From NCBI GenBank assembly GCA_041494705.1, contig JBGQBI010000002.1:60001-92000 (forward strand): a DNA stretch of 32,000 nt, read 5' to 3'. The notes beneath the pieces are model-generated. The model saw nothing but the letters and a program-made list of their open reading frames with translations, searched no databases and was not told where the DNA came from. How positions within the stretch are numbered: the first letter of the stretch is position 1; every line of letters starts with the position of its first letter. Positions 1-7,655 of the stretch are shown here, piece after piece. Made by a program: the position numbers and the translations under genes. Source of the DNA: Candidatus Methanoperedens sp. Its GTDB lineage: Archaea > Halobacteriota > Methanosarcinia > Methanosarcinales > Methanoperedenaceae.

Positions 1-1193
1 TTTTCACTTTCAGTAGGCTTGAATTCTTGTGGGTCATACTGTTCAGGTTCATCAGTTTCCAAACGGTTTAAAATCTGATACAAAGGTGCACTACTATGAA
101 GTAATCCAACATTTTCTTCCCCAAAATATTTTGTCAATCTTTCATAAATGCTGTTCGTTAGTACCTGATTAGGGAGTACATATAAAATTTTCCCATCCAA
201 TTTTTTATTTTTTAAAGCCCATGCAATAGCTCCTTCTGTTTTTCCTGAACCTGTTGGAGCAACTGCAATTCCATGTCCTGCGAGCCTAGTAAGGTCTTGC
301 TGGAAGTCTCTAATTTCAAAAGTTTTAGAGCCATCTTGTTCAATATCTTCCTTTACTTTTCTCCAAAAATCATCTACAGATGTGTTAACAGTTAAATGCA
401 TTTGATTATTTGATGAACCTTCCCAATCTGCCGAAATCAATAGACTTTTTAGCAAAGCAAGTGTTCCTCTTATCTGACCAATAACCTTTGTTTCACCAGC
501 GGAATCAATGGCTTCCTGGACTTCAAATGGGATCGCATCAATTTTCTCTTTGATAGTTTCTATTATGGTCTGACTATTTTTATTGACTTCTTTCCACGTC
601 ACATTTGGCAATGAGATTCCTTCGTTTTCAAAAATGATTCTTGCGACTTCCATGACGTGATTCCATTGCGCTTCACCATACCCAATCCTGCTTAGTTCAT
701 TAGAATCTCCAAAAAATTCGTTCCATTCTCGCCTGAAACTATCGGGATTAATCGGCTTATGATGTCCGATTGCTGCAAAAAATTCAAATGGAAATCCATT
801 AGTCTCAAGCTTTCCATCTGATTCGTCATATTTAGAACCCAAGCAGAGTAAAGCCAATCCACCTATAATCTCATGTCTATAATCAATCTTGTCACTCTGA
901 GATGGAAATGGTATGAGAGTTTCACATTTATTACAAAAAACCTGAGAAGTAGGCTTTTGTCCTTTCAGAGCTATCGTTTTCATTGCACGTTGAAAGCTTA
1001 AAGATGGTTTTCCAGCATCATGAAAAGCGACAGTTAATAACGAAGCTATTTTAAATCTTTCCGGGAGAATTGCATATTGATTGCATAAATCTTTTATTAC
1101 GTTTTCCTTTTGATAATATAATTTCTTCCAAGAGTTATAAACTGTTTCGATATGACATTTATAGCATTGTTTTGGCTTTCCAAAATAGGTCAT
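1..1193 (-). CDS. cas3: Cas3 HD nuclease / SF2 helicase, first ~397 codons (3' end lies beyond the left window edge)
   Basis: Absent from the ORF track because there is no stop in the window. I checked the minus frame from ATG 1193 down to position 1 by hand and found no in-frame stop. HD-domain motifs LLTVAFHDAGKP (~1010-1045) and AAIGHHKP (~755-780) are present. Helicase Walker A is GIAVAPTGSGKT (~239-270). The gene lies directly downstream of cas5. Confidence 0.88.
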   Translation of the reverse strand, partial: MTYFGKPKQCYKCHIETVYNSWKKLYYQKENVIKDLCNQYAILPERFKIASLLTVAFHDAGKPSLSFQRAMKTIALKGQKPTSQVFCNKCETLIPFPSQSDKIDYRHEIIGGLALLCLGSKYDESDGKLETNGFPFEFFAAIGHHKPINPDSFRREWNEFFGDSNELSRIGYGEAQWNHVMEVARIIFENEGISLPNVTWKEVNKNSQTIIETIKEKIDAIPFEVQEAIDSAGETKVIGQIRGTLALLKSLLISADWEGSSNNQMHLTVNTSVDDFWRKVKEDIEQDGSKTFEIRDFQQDLTRLAGHGIAVAPTGSGKTEGAIAWALKNKKLDGKILYVLPNQVLTNSIYERLTKYFGEENVGLLHSSAPLYQILNRLETDEPEQYDPQEFKPTESE

Positions 1194-1196
1194 AGG

Positions 1197-1934
1197 TCAA
1201 ATCTCCAATATCGGAATATTCAAAGTTTCTAGTTTACCTGATAATGAATTTGTATCAATTTTGAAGCCCTTTACTTGCTCTTTTAATGTTATTGAATGGT
1301 TTCCTATGAATGTAAAATCTCTAAACTCATCCGCCATTCTTTCATAGGCAAAACCATTCTCAAAAAGGAAATGCACAGGTAGCCGATAAAGCAATGTGCA
1401 AGGGCCTGGGTCTATCGGATTGTCGATATCAAAAAGACCATCATCAACCTGCATTGAAGGTACACCAACAACAACTGTGTTTCGCAATATCTGTAAATCA
1501 TCAAATTCGCACTCAGATACATTATGGACTATTGCATTCGCTAAGTCATCTGGTCTCCCAAGTGATAATGGATAAAATGGGCATCTAAATGCTTTTTCAC
1601 AAAAACGTATGGATGATTCATCGCCACATAAAATAACGTGGTAGATGGGTTTGAAAAGCATTTGCCGTTCTACTACATCGTTTTCAGGATTCTTTGTGGT
1701 TAATACCCTCCATGTATCATTGCATCCACCAGCATAACTACCTGCGATGCCAACTTTTAATTTGAGGGATGTGAATAGCTCTTGTGCAGTCGCCATATCT
1801 TTGCCAATGGCAGCCCCGAACATACCAATTATTGAAGTATAGGGTGGAAGTGGCAATGAGCGGTGATATTTGTACATATGCGGGACCCTAAAGCTCGCTG
1901 TTAGTCCTCTTATCTCAATATGGAGTAAATACAC
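1197..1934 (-). CDS. cas5: Cas5 (Cas5t/Cas5h-like RAMP)
   Basis: Uses the frame of track ORF 1197..2015. Cas5 N-terminal signature GLTASFRVPH...LPLPPYTSIIGMFGAAIG. I place the start at GTG 1934: AAGGA sits ~8 nt upstream and the site is 14 nt after the cas7 stop. ATG 2015 would overlap cas7 by 67 nt. The start is uncertain. Confidence 0.8.
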   Translation of the reverse strand: MYLLHIEIRGLTASFRVPHMYKYHRSLPLPPYTSIIGMFGAAIGKDMATAQELFTSLKLKVGIAGSYAGGCNDTWRVLTTKNPENDVVERQMLFKPIYHVILCGDESSIRFCEKAFRCPFYPLSLGRPDDLANAIVHNVSECEFDDLQILRNTVVVGVPSMQVDDGLFDIDNPIDPGPCTLLYRLPVHFLFENGFAYERMADEFRDFTFIGNHSITLKEQVKGFKIDTNSLSGKLETLNIPILEI

Positions 1935-1948
1935 AGTTGATTTCCTTG

Positions 1949-3364
1949 TTATTTTTGTGTTTGAACAACTGAAGCTGGGGTTTGATTCGTAATTTTGAAG
2001 TGTTGTTTTAACCATCCTTCAATAGTTTCAAAGGCTGTTTTCATTTTTTGAACGTTGATTTCATTAGCTGAATCGGCGGGATTGTTTGCAGAATCTCCAG
2101 ATTTCTTTGAATCAACAGGCGATTGAATTAAATCTTCTCTATACCCAACAACAAGACAGTTACCTTTAACAATTCCATCGGCAAAAGTTTCTTTTACTGT
2201 CTGAATATTTTTAAGGTTTATAACGTTATTATCATTCTGTTTTTCATCAAGTAATTGAGTTTCCAAAAATGGTGTTCTTGCACCATTAACATAAGCCGCC
2301 ACCATTAATTTTGGTGTAAGGTCTATGAGCCAATTACTACTGCGACCTGATGGGGCAAGGAAACGGATTGAATCAAGAATAGCTTTAGCTCTTCGATATC
2401 TTTCCTCTTTGACTATAGTGAGATATTCTTTTTTTATCAGAATAAATTTTTCTCCACTTTTGTGAATGAAATCATAATCAATATCCTTGTTGTCTTGATC
2501 TTTTTGTGAGATAACCTCGGAGATACTAGATTTTTCGGTTCCAACGGGAAGAAGATTCGTAACAAAACCATCTCCAGTTCCAATTCTATCTAAATCTATA
2601 TATAGAGTCATTCGATACCAACCCCTATGAATTTCTGTTTCATATGGCATTGGTGAAACTCCACCTCTTAATCCGATCATATTAGCACCAAAATCGACAC
2701 TGTCATCAAATGCTGATAGAGATAGAAGAGGAGTCGTTGATATAACAGATTTTCTGACACCATTTATATTTTGTTGCATCTTTTTGAGTGCTGCTGAATC
2801 ATCTTTAAGAATTGAGGTTTTGATTTTCTCTATATCGCTTTCTTTAAATTGTATCTTCTCTTTTAAATCGTCAAAGGTTAGAGTCTCAACAGTGGGATTA
2901 TCTTTAAAGAATTGTTCTATTTTTTCTTTTATTTTTTTTGTTTTTATTTTATCGACCATATTCTTTAAAAAAATAGGATTTATTTTTTCTGTATTAGATT
3001 CTTTGCCGATGTCTTCTGTTAAGTCGGATTCTTCCGACATCTTAATCTCTTTCTTAGAAGATGGATCCATAAATCCAAACAAGTCATCATCAATATATTT
3101 TACTGGATCCACTACTGTTCTTGCGGGAGAAGAAGTTACTATGGGCGAAACAGAATATCCCAATCCTTTCATAGTATCTCGTAAAGCCCTTTTCATCGCT
3201 TGAGAAGATGCATATGGAAAGTCAAGAAAACCCTCACGAATCTTTTTTATTACATTAAGATTTTCAATTTCACTTCTTCCACCACTGGGCGATGCGATAC
3301 TAAGTCGAACAAGGTACGTTATTGCCAGTCCCTTTGAGGGTTTTAAGTTTGTCGCGTTAATCAT
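1949..3364 (-). CDS. cas7: Cas7 (Cst2/DevR-like backbone subunit) with a large internal insertion
   Basis: 471-aa ORF with GGAGG ~8 nt before ATG 3364. Cas7 hallmarks are FPYASSQAMKRALRD, DDDLFGFM and RKSVISTTPLLS. It sits between the large subunit and cas5. Confidence 0.82.
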   Translation of the reverse strand: MINATNLKPSKGLAITYLVRLSIASPSGGRSEIENLNVIKKIREGFLDFPYASSQAMKRALRDTMKGLGYSVSPIVTSSPARTVVDPVKYIDDDLFGFMDPSSKKEIKMSEESDLTEDIGKESNTEKINPIFLKNMVDKIKTKKIKEKIEQFFKDNPTVETLTFDDLKEKIQFKESDIEKIKTSILKDDSAALKKMQQNINGVRKSVISTTPLLSLSAFDDSVDFGANMIGLRGGVSPMPYETEIHRGWYRMTLYIDLDRIGTGDGFVTNLLPVGTEKSSISEVISQKDQDNKDIDYDFIHKSGEKFILIKKEYLTIVKEERYRRAKAILDSIRFLAPSGRSSNWLIDLTPKLMVAAYVNGARTPFLETQLLDEKQNDNNVINLKNIQTVKETFADGIVKGNCLVVGYREDLIQSPVDSKKSGDSANNPADSANEINVQKMKTAFETIEGWLKQHFKITNQTPASVVQTQK

Positions 3365-3379
3365 TGTTTTATCCTCCTT

Positions 3380-3727
3380 TTAAGTAGTTTGAAGCGATTC
3401 TACTATTGCAAGAGTAGTTTTGCTTCTATTTATCAAACCATTTAACATTCCTGCAAGAAAATAGACACGATATACCTCAAATTTATTAATGTCCTCGCTG
3501 CCATCTTCCGTATGAAAAATCATTTCAATTGGGATTTCTTTTTCTATCTTTTTATAAGCGTGTCTAACTTGCTCCAAGAACTTTACCGGGGATGGTGACC
3601 TCTCAATGCTATAATAGTATCGCTTAATAAGATTCTTTTTTTCTTCATTATCCCAGCCAGGATTATTCCAAAAGTCCTGACTTAAATACCAACCCGATTC
3701 TTTTGCTTGCTTAACTATATTTGACAT
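3380..3727 (-). CDS. Candidate nested small subunit (Cas11) translated from an internal start in the cas8 frame
   Basis: In-frame ATG at 3727 is preceded by AAGGAG (3742-3737) with a 9-nt spacer. It would give a 115-aa product (MSNIVKQAKESGWYL...). Internal Cas11 translation from cas8 3' ends is known for type I-B/C/D. This is inference only. Confidence 0.35.
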   Translation of the reverse strand: MSNIVKQAKESGWYLSQDFWNNPGWDNEEKKNLIKRYYYSIERSPSPVKFLEQVRHAYKKIEKEIPIEMIFHTEDGSEDINKFEVYRVYFLAGMLNGLINRSKTTLAIVESLQTT

Positions 3728-5113
3728 AAATTCATTCTCCTTATTAAATAGCCATTGATCATATTTTTGAAATAAACTTGTAATCTGATCTGAGTCATAG
3801 GGTTTTGCCGTATCTTCTTTCAAATCTGACGAAAGGATTGGCAGTAGATATCCATAAACATGCTTTCCTTCAGTTAATGCTTGAGTGGCTTTTATAACTG
3901 AAATCCGTTGGAGTTGAGTTCTTCTAAATTTTTGTCCATTAACAATTAACAAATCTGACGATCTTTCAATTAAAAAATTCAATGTTTTCAAAAGTTGTCC
4001 TTCATTATAAAAAAATATTTTAAGATATGAATATAGTTTTATGAAGTAAGCAGACCGATCAATAGTTGTTTCTCTCATTACAAAACTTTTCTGTCCACTA
4101 TCTCTTATTAAAAATAATGCTGTCTGAAATACAGAACCCCTGTTATCAATAAAGCCAATATTCTGAGAAGTTTGAAGTAACCTTGATGATGATTTCGGTA
4201 AAAGCCGATCGAATAGATCAAAATAAAAAGATAATGTTAATGAAGGAATCCCTCGTGGCACAGCACCAAATGAACTCACATAATTTTTATCGGATAAATC
4301 AGTACCAAGAGCTCGTGCCAATCCTCGTTTCCCCGATAGAGATCTATATAATCGATATGTTGCGGAGAGATTGCCCGAAACATAAGGCAATATATAATAG
4401 GTGTCTTTCTTCTCTCGATCTATTGTTATTCGTCGATAAAACAATAACAAAGGTGCAAAAAATGTAATGTATCCACATTGCCAACATTTTTGGGATCCAT
4501 TATGGTATGAATGGAAACATCTGTTAGAACTTTCTCCTTCAACAAAAGGGGACGATCTTGAAGCAGGTCCAAGAAAAACCTCCTCAGCTTTTTTCATTGC
4601 AAGGTTTGTATCAGTTGATTGACCACAGAAAATACATTTAGATTGATTTTTTGTCTTCTTTTGTATAATAGGTAAAAAAATATTTTTTTCCCCTATATTT
4701 TTGATAAGTTCCTGTCTGAAATATGTAGTTCCTACTTGGTTACCAGATACTATAATCTTGGACTGTTTTCCAGACGCTATCACCTCACCTGCTATAATGC
4801 TATTTTGTTTTATTCGTCCATCTTTTTCAGGCGCTGAAATTTGTTTTTCCGTTGAAACGTCGTATAGCGTAGTTCTAATTCGTTCTAGAGCATAAGATAA
4901 AGCAAGGTCAACTTGACGTTCCTCACCTTTGATGATAAGCTGGTCAGATGTAAGATTTACATCAATATTCGAATGACTCTTAATCGTTTTTCCCCATTCC
5001 CCGATTGTTTCAGTATTTGGGAGAGGTTTATTTAACGTGTCGTAAAATCCTACAATTCCAGCATCAATCCAGTAATTGCATGTTCTTTTGAATACAAGCT
5101 CGGTCTCAACCAT
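3380..5113 (-). CDS. cas8: Cascade large subunit, Cas8 of the Cst1 CXXC_CXXC type
   Basis: Track ORF 3380..5191. I set the start at ATG 5113 (MVETELVF...), which overlaps the cas6 stop as ATGGTTGA. Two CxxC pairs (KCIFCG and KCWQCG) match the Cst1/Cas8 family. About 577 aa, located between cas6 and cas7. Confidence 0.72.
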   Translation of the reverse strand: MVETELVFKRTCNYWIDAGIVGFYDTLNKPLPNTETIGEWGKTIKSHSNIDVNLTSDQLIIKGEERQVDLALSYALERIRTTLYDVSTEKQISAPEKDGRIKQNSIIAGEVIASGKQSKIIVSGNQVGTTYFRQELIKNIGEKNIFLPIIQKKTKNQSKCIFCGQSTDTNLAMKKAEEVFLGPASRSSPFVEGESSNRCFHSYHNGSQKCWQCGYITFFAPLLLFYRRITIDREKKDTYYILPYVSGNLSATYRLYRSLSGKRGLARALGTDLSDKNYVSSFGAVPRGIPSLTLSFYFDLFDRLLPKSSSRLLQTSQNIGFIDNRGSVFQTALFLIRDSGQKSFVMRETTIDRSAYFIKLYSYLKIFFYNEGQLLKTLNFLIERSSDLLIVNGQKFRRTQLQRISVIKATQALTEGKHVYGYLLPILSSDLKEDTAKPYDSDQITSLFQKYDQWLFNKENEFMSNIVKQAKESGWYLSQDFWNNPGWDNEEKKNLIKRYYYSIERSPSPVKFLEQVRHAYKKIEKEIPIEMIFHTEDGSEDINKFEVYRVYFLAGMLNGLINRSKTTLAIVESLQTT

Positions 5114-5801
5114 AATGCACCAACGTCCCATAACCTCTGGATACGAATTTACCAATGCCAATATAATCCGGAATTTCCGTATTACATTCAAACATCACAT
5201 CAAATGGAGGAAATTTCAGTTTGTCTTTTATCTTTATAGGAATCCCTGTTTTCATCTGGATAAGATTTGTTTGAATCCGATGTGAAACTGTAATACCGCA
5301 CCACTTGGCGGCAGCAAGAATATGATTTGCAAGTCCCTTTTCAATAGCCTGTCTTTTATCGTCTTCAGATAATGAGAGATAAGCCTTCTGTTTATCCTGA
5401 TTTAAAGCTATGTATGGAGAGATGTTTCTATAACATATAAAGTTAGATTGCTGGAAATTCGCCTGTTTTGTTGTTTTTGATGATAATTTGAGTTCTACGA
5501 CAAATCCATTGCGTCCTACTGGCATAGTTATTTTCTCCGGCCATTGGAATGATTTTGCAAAATCAACTCCCTCATTCAGTGCTAAAATATAGACCTCGTT
5601 GTTTATGACTTTGAACTGAAAAGGTGCCCCTTTACTTCTATAAATTGATCTCCCGTCTGGATAATGATTGTGAAATATAGGATGCGGATGCTTATCAGCA
5701 AAATACTGTCTAACTGAACTTGAAAAAATTTTAAAACCATTAGGTAGCTCTTTTGGTTTATAATGTATAAGTGACAGGTTATTATTCACATTTTCACTCA
5801 T
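5106..5801 (-). CDS. cas6: Cas6 crRNA endoribonuclease
   Basis: 231-aa ORF and first gene of the operon. C-terminal glycine-rich loop GIGKFVSRGYGTL is typical of Cas6. The N-terminal HNHYPDG..YRSKGAPFQFK segment resembles Cas6 N-domains. Confidence 0.78.
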   Translation of the reverse strand: MSENVNNNLSLIHYKPKELPNGFKIFSSSVRQYFADKHPHPIFHNHYPDGRSIYRSKGAPFQFKVINNEVYILALNEGVDFAKSFQWPEKITMPVGRNGFVVELKLSSKTTKQANFQQSNFICYRNISPYIALNQDKQKAYLSLSEDDKRQAIEKGLANHILAAAKWCGITVSHRIQTNLIQMKTGIPIKIKDKLKFPPFDVMFECNTEIPDYIGIGKFVSRGYGTLVHYG

Positions 5802-5913
5802 AGTTGGCTAACTCTCCCGCCCCTCTCCGCTCTCCTCCCGCGCCCCATCGGCAGGCTTTCCACCATCGGTTTCGATACTTTGGTTCAAGTTATTATCGCC
5901 ACCCTTGCAATTA

Positions 5914-5940
5914 ATCTGCGTTCATCTGCGTTTATCTGCG
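5914..5940. repeat. 3x ATCTGCG, 10-nt period (array A)
   Basis: ATCTGCG at 5914, 5924 and 5934, read directly. Confidence 0.9.
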
Positions 5941-6094
5941 GTTCGTTTTTTGAATAGACCACTTATCTCCATATATATCTTTTGAAAGCGGAGTGAAAGT
6001 GATTTTTTATTCGCCGCGTGAGATGCTTTTGTTCTATTTCAGTTTTCTGCCGTTACAAAATTTAGTAACGTTACATGTGTTACTAAAATTACAA

Positions 6095-6111
6095 ATCTGC
6101 ATTTATCTGCG
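6095..6111. repeat. ATCTGCA + ATCTGCG, 10-nt period (array B)
   Basis: Words at 6095 and 6105, followed by GTTTT as in the other arrays. Confidence 0.8.
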
Positions 6112-6236
6112 GTTTTATTTCTTAATAACAGCAAAAACATCTCGAATTTTTTGGCATTCAGGATTTCATGGTCGCATCGGATACATATCGGCGCCAGGAA
6201 TTTAATATTCAAAGAGTGATAAATTTGTGGCGCCTG

Positions 6237-6330
6237 AATAGAACAAGGATTTCATTGATAATATGGATGCACACGGATTAAAATTATCCGTGAATATCCG
6301 TCCAATCCGTGTCATCCGTGTGCTGTTCAT
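6237..6330. repeat. Palindromic heptad element: CACGGAT / 4x ATCCGTG-like words, ends AATAGAACA...TGTTCATT
   Basis: CACGGAT at 6272. ATCCGTG at 6286, ATCCGTC at 6296, ATCCGTG at 6305 and 6314 (9-10 nt period). Same word and termini as the element at 15414-15505. Confidence 0.85.
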
Positions 6331-6372
6331 TATAAATGCCAATCGGCGCGCCCGGGGGAGGCATATAAAAAA

Positions 6373-6399
6373 ATCTGCGTTCATCTGCGTTCATCTGCG
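6373..6399. repeat. 3x ATCTGCG, 10-nt period (array C), overlapping the ubiD 3' end
   Basis: ATCTGCG at 6373, 6383 and 6393. The ubiD stop (6381-6383) lies inside the array. Confidence 0.9.
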
Positions 6400-7655
6400 G
6401 TTATTTTAGGTCGCCTTGCTCTCTCGAACTTCCATTTCTTGCTCAAATCCATCGTAGCATCTATACCAATCTTTGTCCCGATGCCGTTCTCTGAGCGCGG
6501 GTCAAGCGTGCTTCCCCTCACATTCGGATAAATGTAAACATCCTCATCGCCTTTCACACGTGTCGCTATCGCAAATTCGATATCATTCGGGTCGTAAATA
6601 TTGATATCCTCATCCACAATCACGACATGTTTTAAACTTTTGTGGGCAGCAAATGTCGCATCTATTGCCTTCCTGGGTTCATCATCATTTGTTTTATGAA
6701 TCTGTATTACAGCATGGAAATAATAGCACCCGCCTGGCGTGAGTGCCACATTCCTGATATCCGCCACTTTTTTCACTTCATTGAAAATCAGGGGTTCATA
6801 CGGAATTCCCATCAGGATATGATGTTCGCTTCCCGCTGGAAGAAGGGCATGGTAAATGGGATCACGCCTGTGCATCATGTTTGTCAGGTAGATAACCGGC
6901 TGTTTCCTGATTATATCGTATGTGCCGCTGATATCCACGAAGGGCCCTTCATCGATGAGTTCGGTAGGATGGATGTATCCTTCAAGCACTATCTCTGCAT
7001 GAGGGACTTTGATACCGTTTTTGCATTCGAATAGCTCAATAGGCTCACCTTTTAGCGCCGAAGCATAATTAAATTCCTTTCCCTCAGGCACGCGGGTTGA
7101 GATGGCAAAGAGGGTCACAGGGTCGATTCCGATAACAATTGCCACGGGCAGGGGCTCTCCGTGTTCCGCGGCTTTCTTGTGAAGATTATACGTGTGCCTG
7201 AATTCAACAAGCCGCGCTGCTAACTTGTCTTTTCCGATTACACGCAGCCTGTGGATTGAGGCATTCATGATTCCATCATATTCCGACACCACGACGCCGG
7301 CTGTGATATACGGGGCGCCGTCACCCTCAAAATGCGTAAGGATGGGAAGTCTTGTGAGGTCTGGTTTTCCTGTGATTTCTTTTGTGGGCGAATCTTTCAC
7401 AAGCTTTACATCGCCTTCGGCTGAGCATGAGGAAAGATATTCAATAATTTTTTCAGGAGATATACCGAGCGCTTCTGCAAGCAAATCCCTTGAACCAAGG
7501 ATATTCATGACCACTCTTGAACCATCGACATTTGTAAATAGAGTGGGCTCTTTTCCGACCGATGCCGATACCTCAAATACGGGCGAAAGGCGTTTTGTGA
7601 CTTCTTTGAGTTTACCTTCGGCTTTAAGTTGTTCTAAGAATCCCCGCAAACTCAT
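6381..7655 (-). CDS. ubiD: UbiD-family (prFMN-dependent) decarboxylase; plausibly the archaeal anhydromevalonate-phosphate decarboxylase
   Basis: 424-aa ORF with a UbiD-like sequence throughout. ATGA start/stop overlap with upstream ubiX indicates translational coupling. Confidence 0.85.
   Translation of the reverse strand: MSLRGFLEQLKAEGKLKEVTKRLSPVFEVSASVGKEPTLFTNVDGSRVVMNILGSRDLLAEALGISPEKIIEYLSSCSAEGDVKLVKDSPTKEITGKPDLTRLPILTHFEGDGAPYITAGVVVSEYDGIMNASIHRLRVIGKDKLAARLVEFRHTYNLHKKAAEHGEPLPVAIVIGIDPVTLFAISTRVPEGKEFNYASALKGEPIELFECKNGIKVPHAEIVLEGYIHPTELIDEGPFVDISGTYDIIRKQPVIYLTNMMHRRDPIYHALLPAGSEHHILMGIPYEPLIFNEVKKVADIRNVALTPGGCYYFHAVIQIHKTNDDEPRKAIDATFAAHKSLKHVVIVDEDINIYDPNDIEFAIATRVKGDEDVYIYPNVRGSTLDPRSENGIGTKIGIDATMDLSKKWKFERARRPKITADERR

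Noticed and set aside
1-5801. CRISPR-associated transposon (type I-B CAST) or type IV-like nuclease-less system
   Set aside because: A full HD+helicase cas3 follows cas5, and no tnsA/B/C/tniQ-like genes are visible in the window.
6190-6234. Imperfect hairpin GGCGCCAggAATTTA...TAAATTtgTGGCGCC
   Set aside because: It is a real inverted repeat (7-bp GC clamp plus an AT-rich extension). However, it is isolated, is not followed by a T-tract, and is not downstream of any gene, so I could not assign a terminator or RNA role.
5802-6380. Possible CRISPR array or leader upstream of cas6
   Set aside because: The repeats here are 7-nt words at 9-10 nt spacing, in short runs of 2-4. There are no 25-40 nt direct repeats separated by unique spacers.
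5993-6384. Track ORFs 5993-6205 (+) and 6202-6384 (-) in the cas6-ubiD gap
   Set aside because: Their translations are dictated by the heptad repeats (for example TRMTRIGRIFTD). No SD and no motifs. I treat the region as non-coding.
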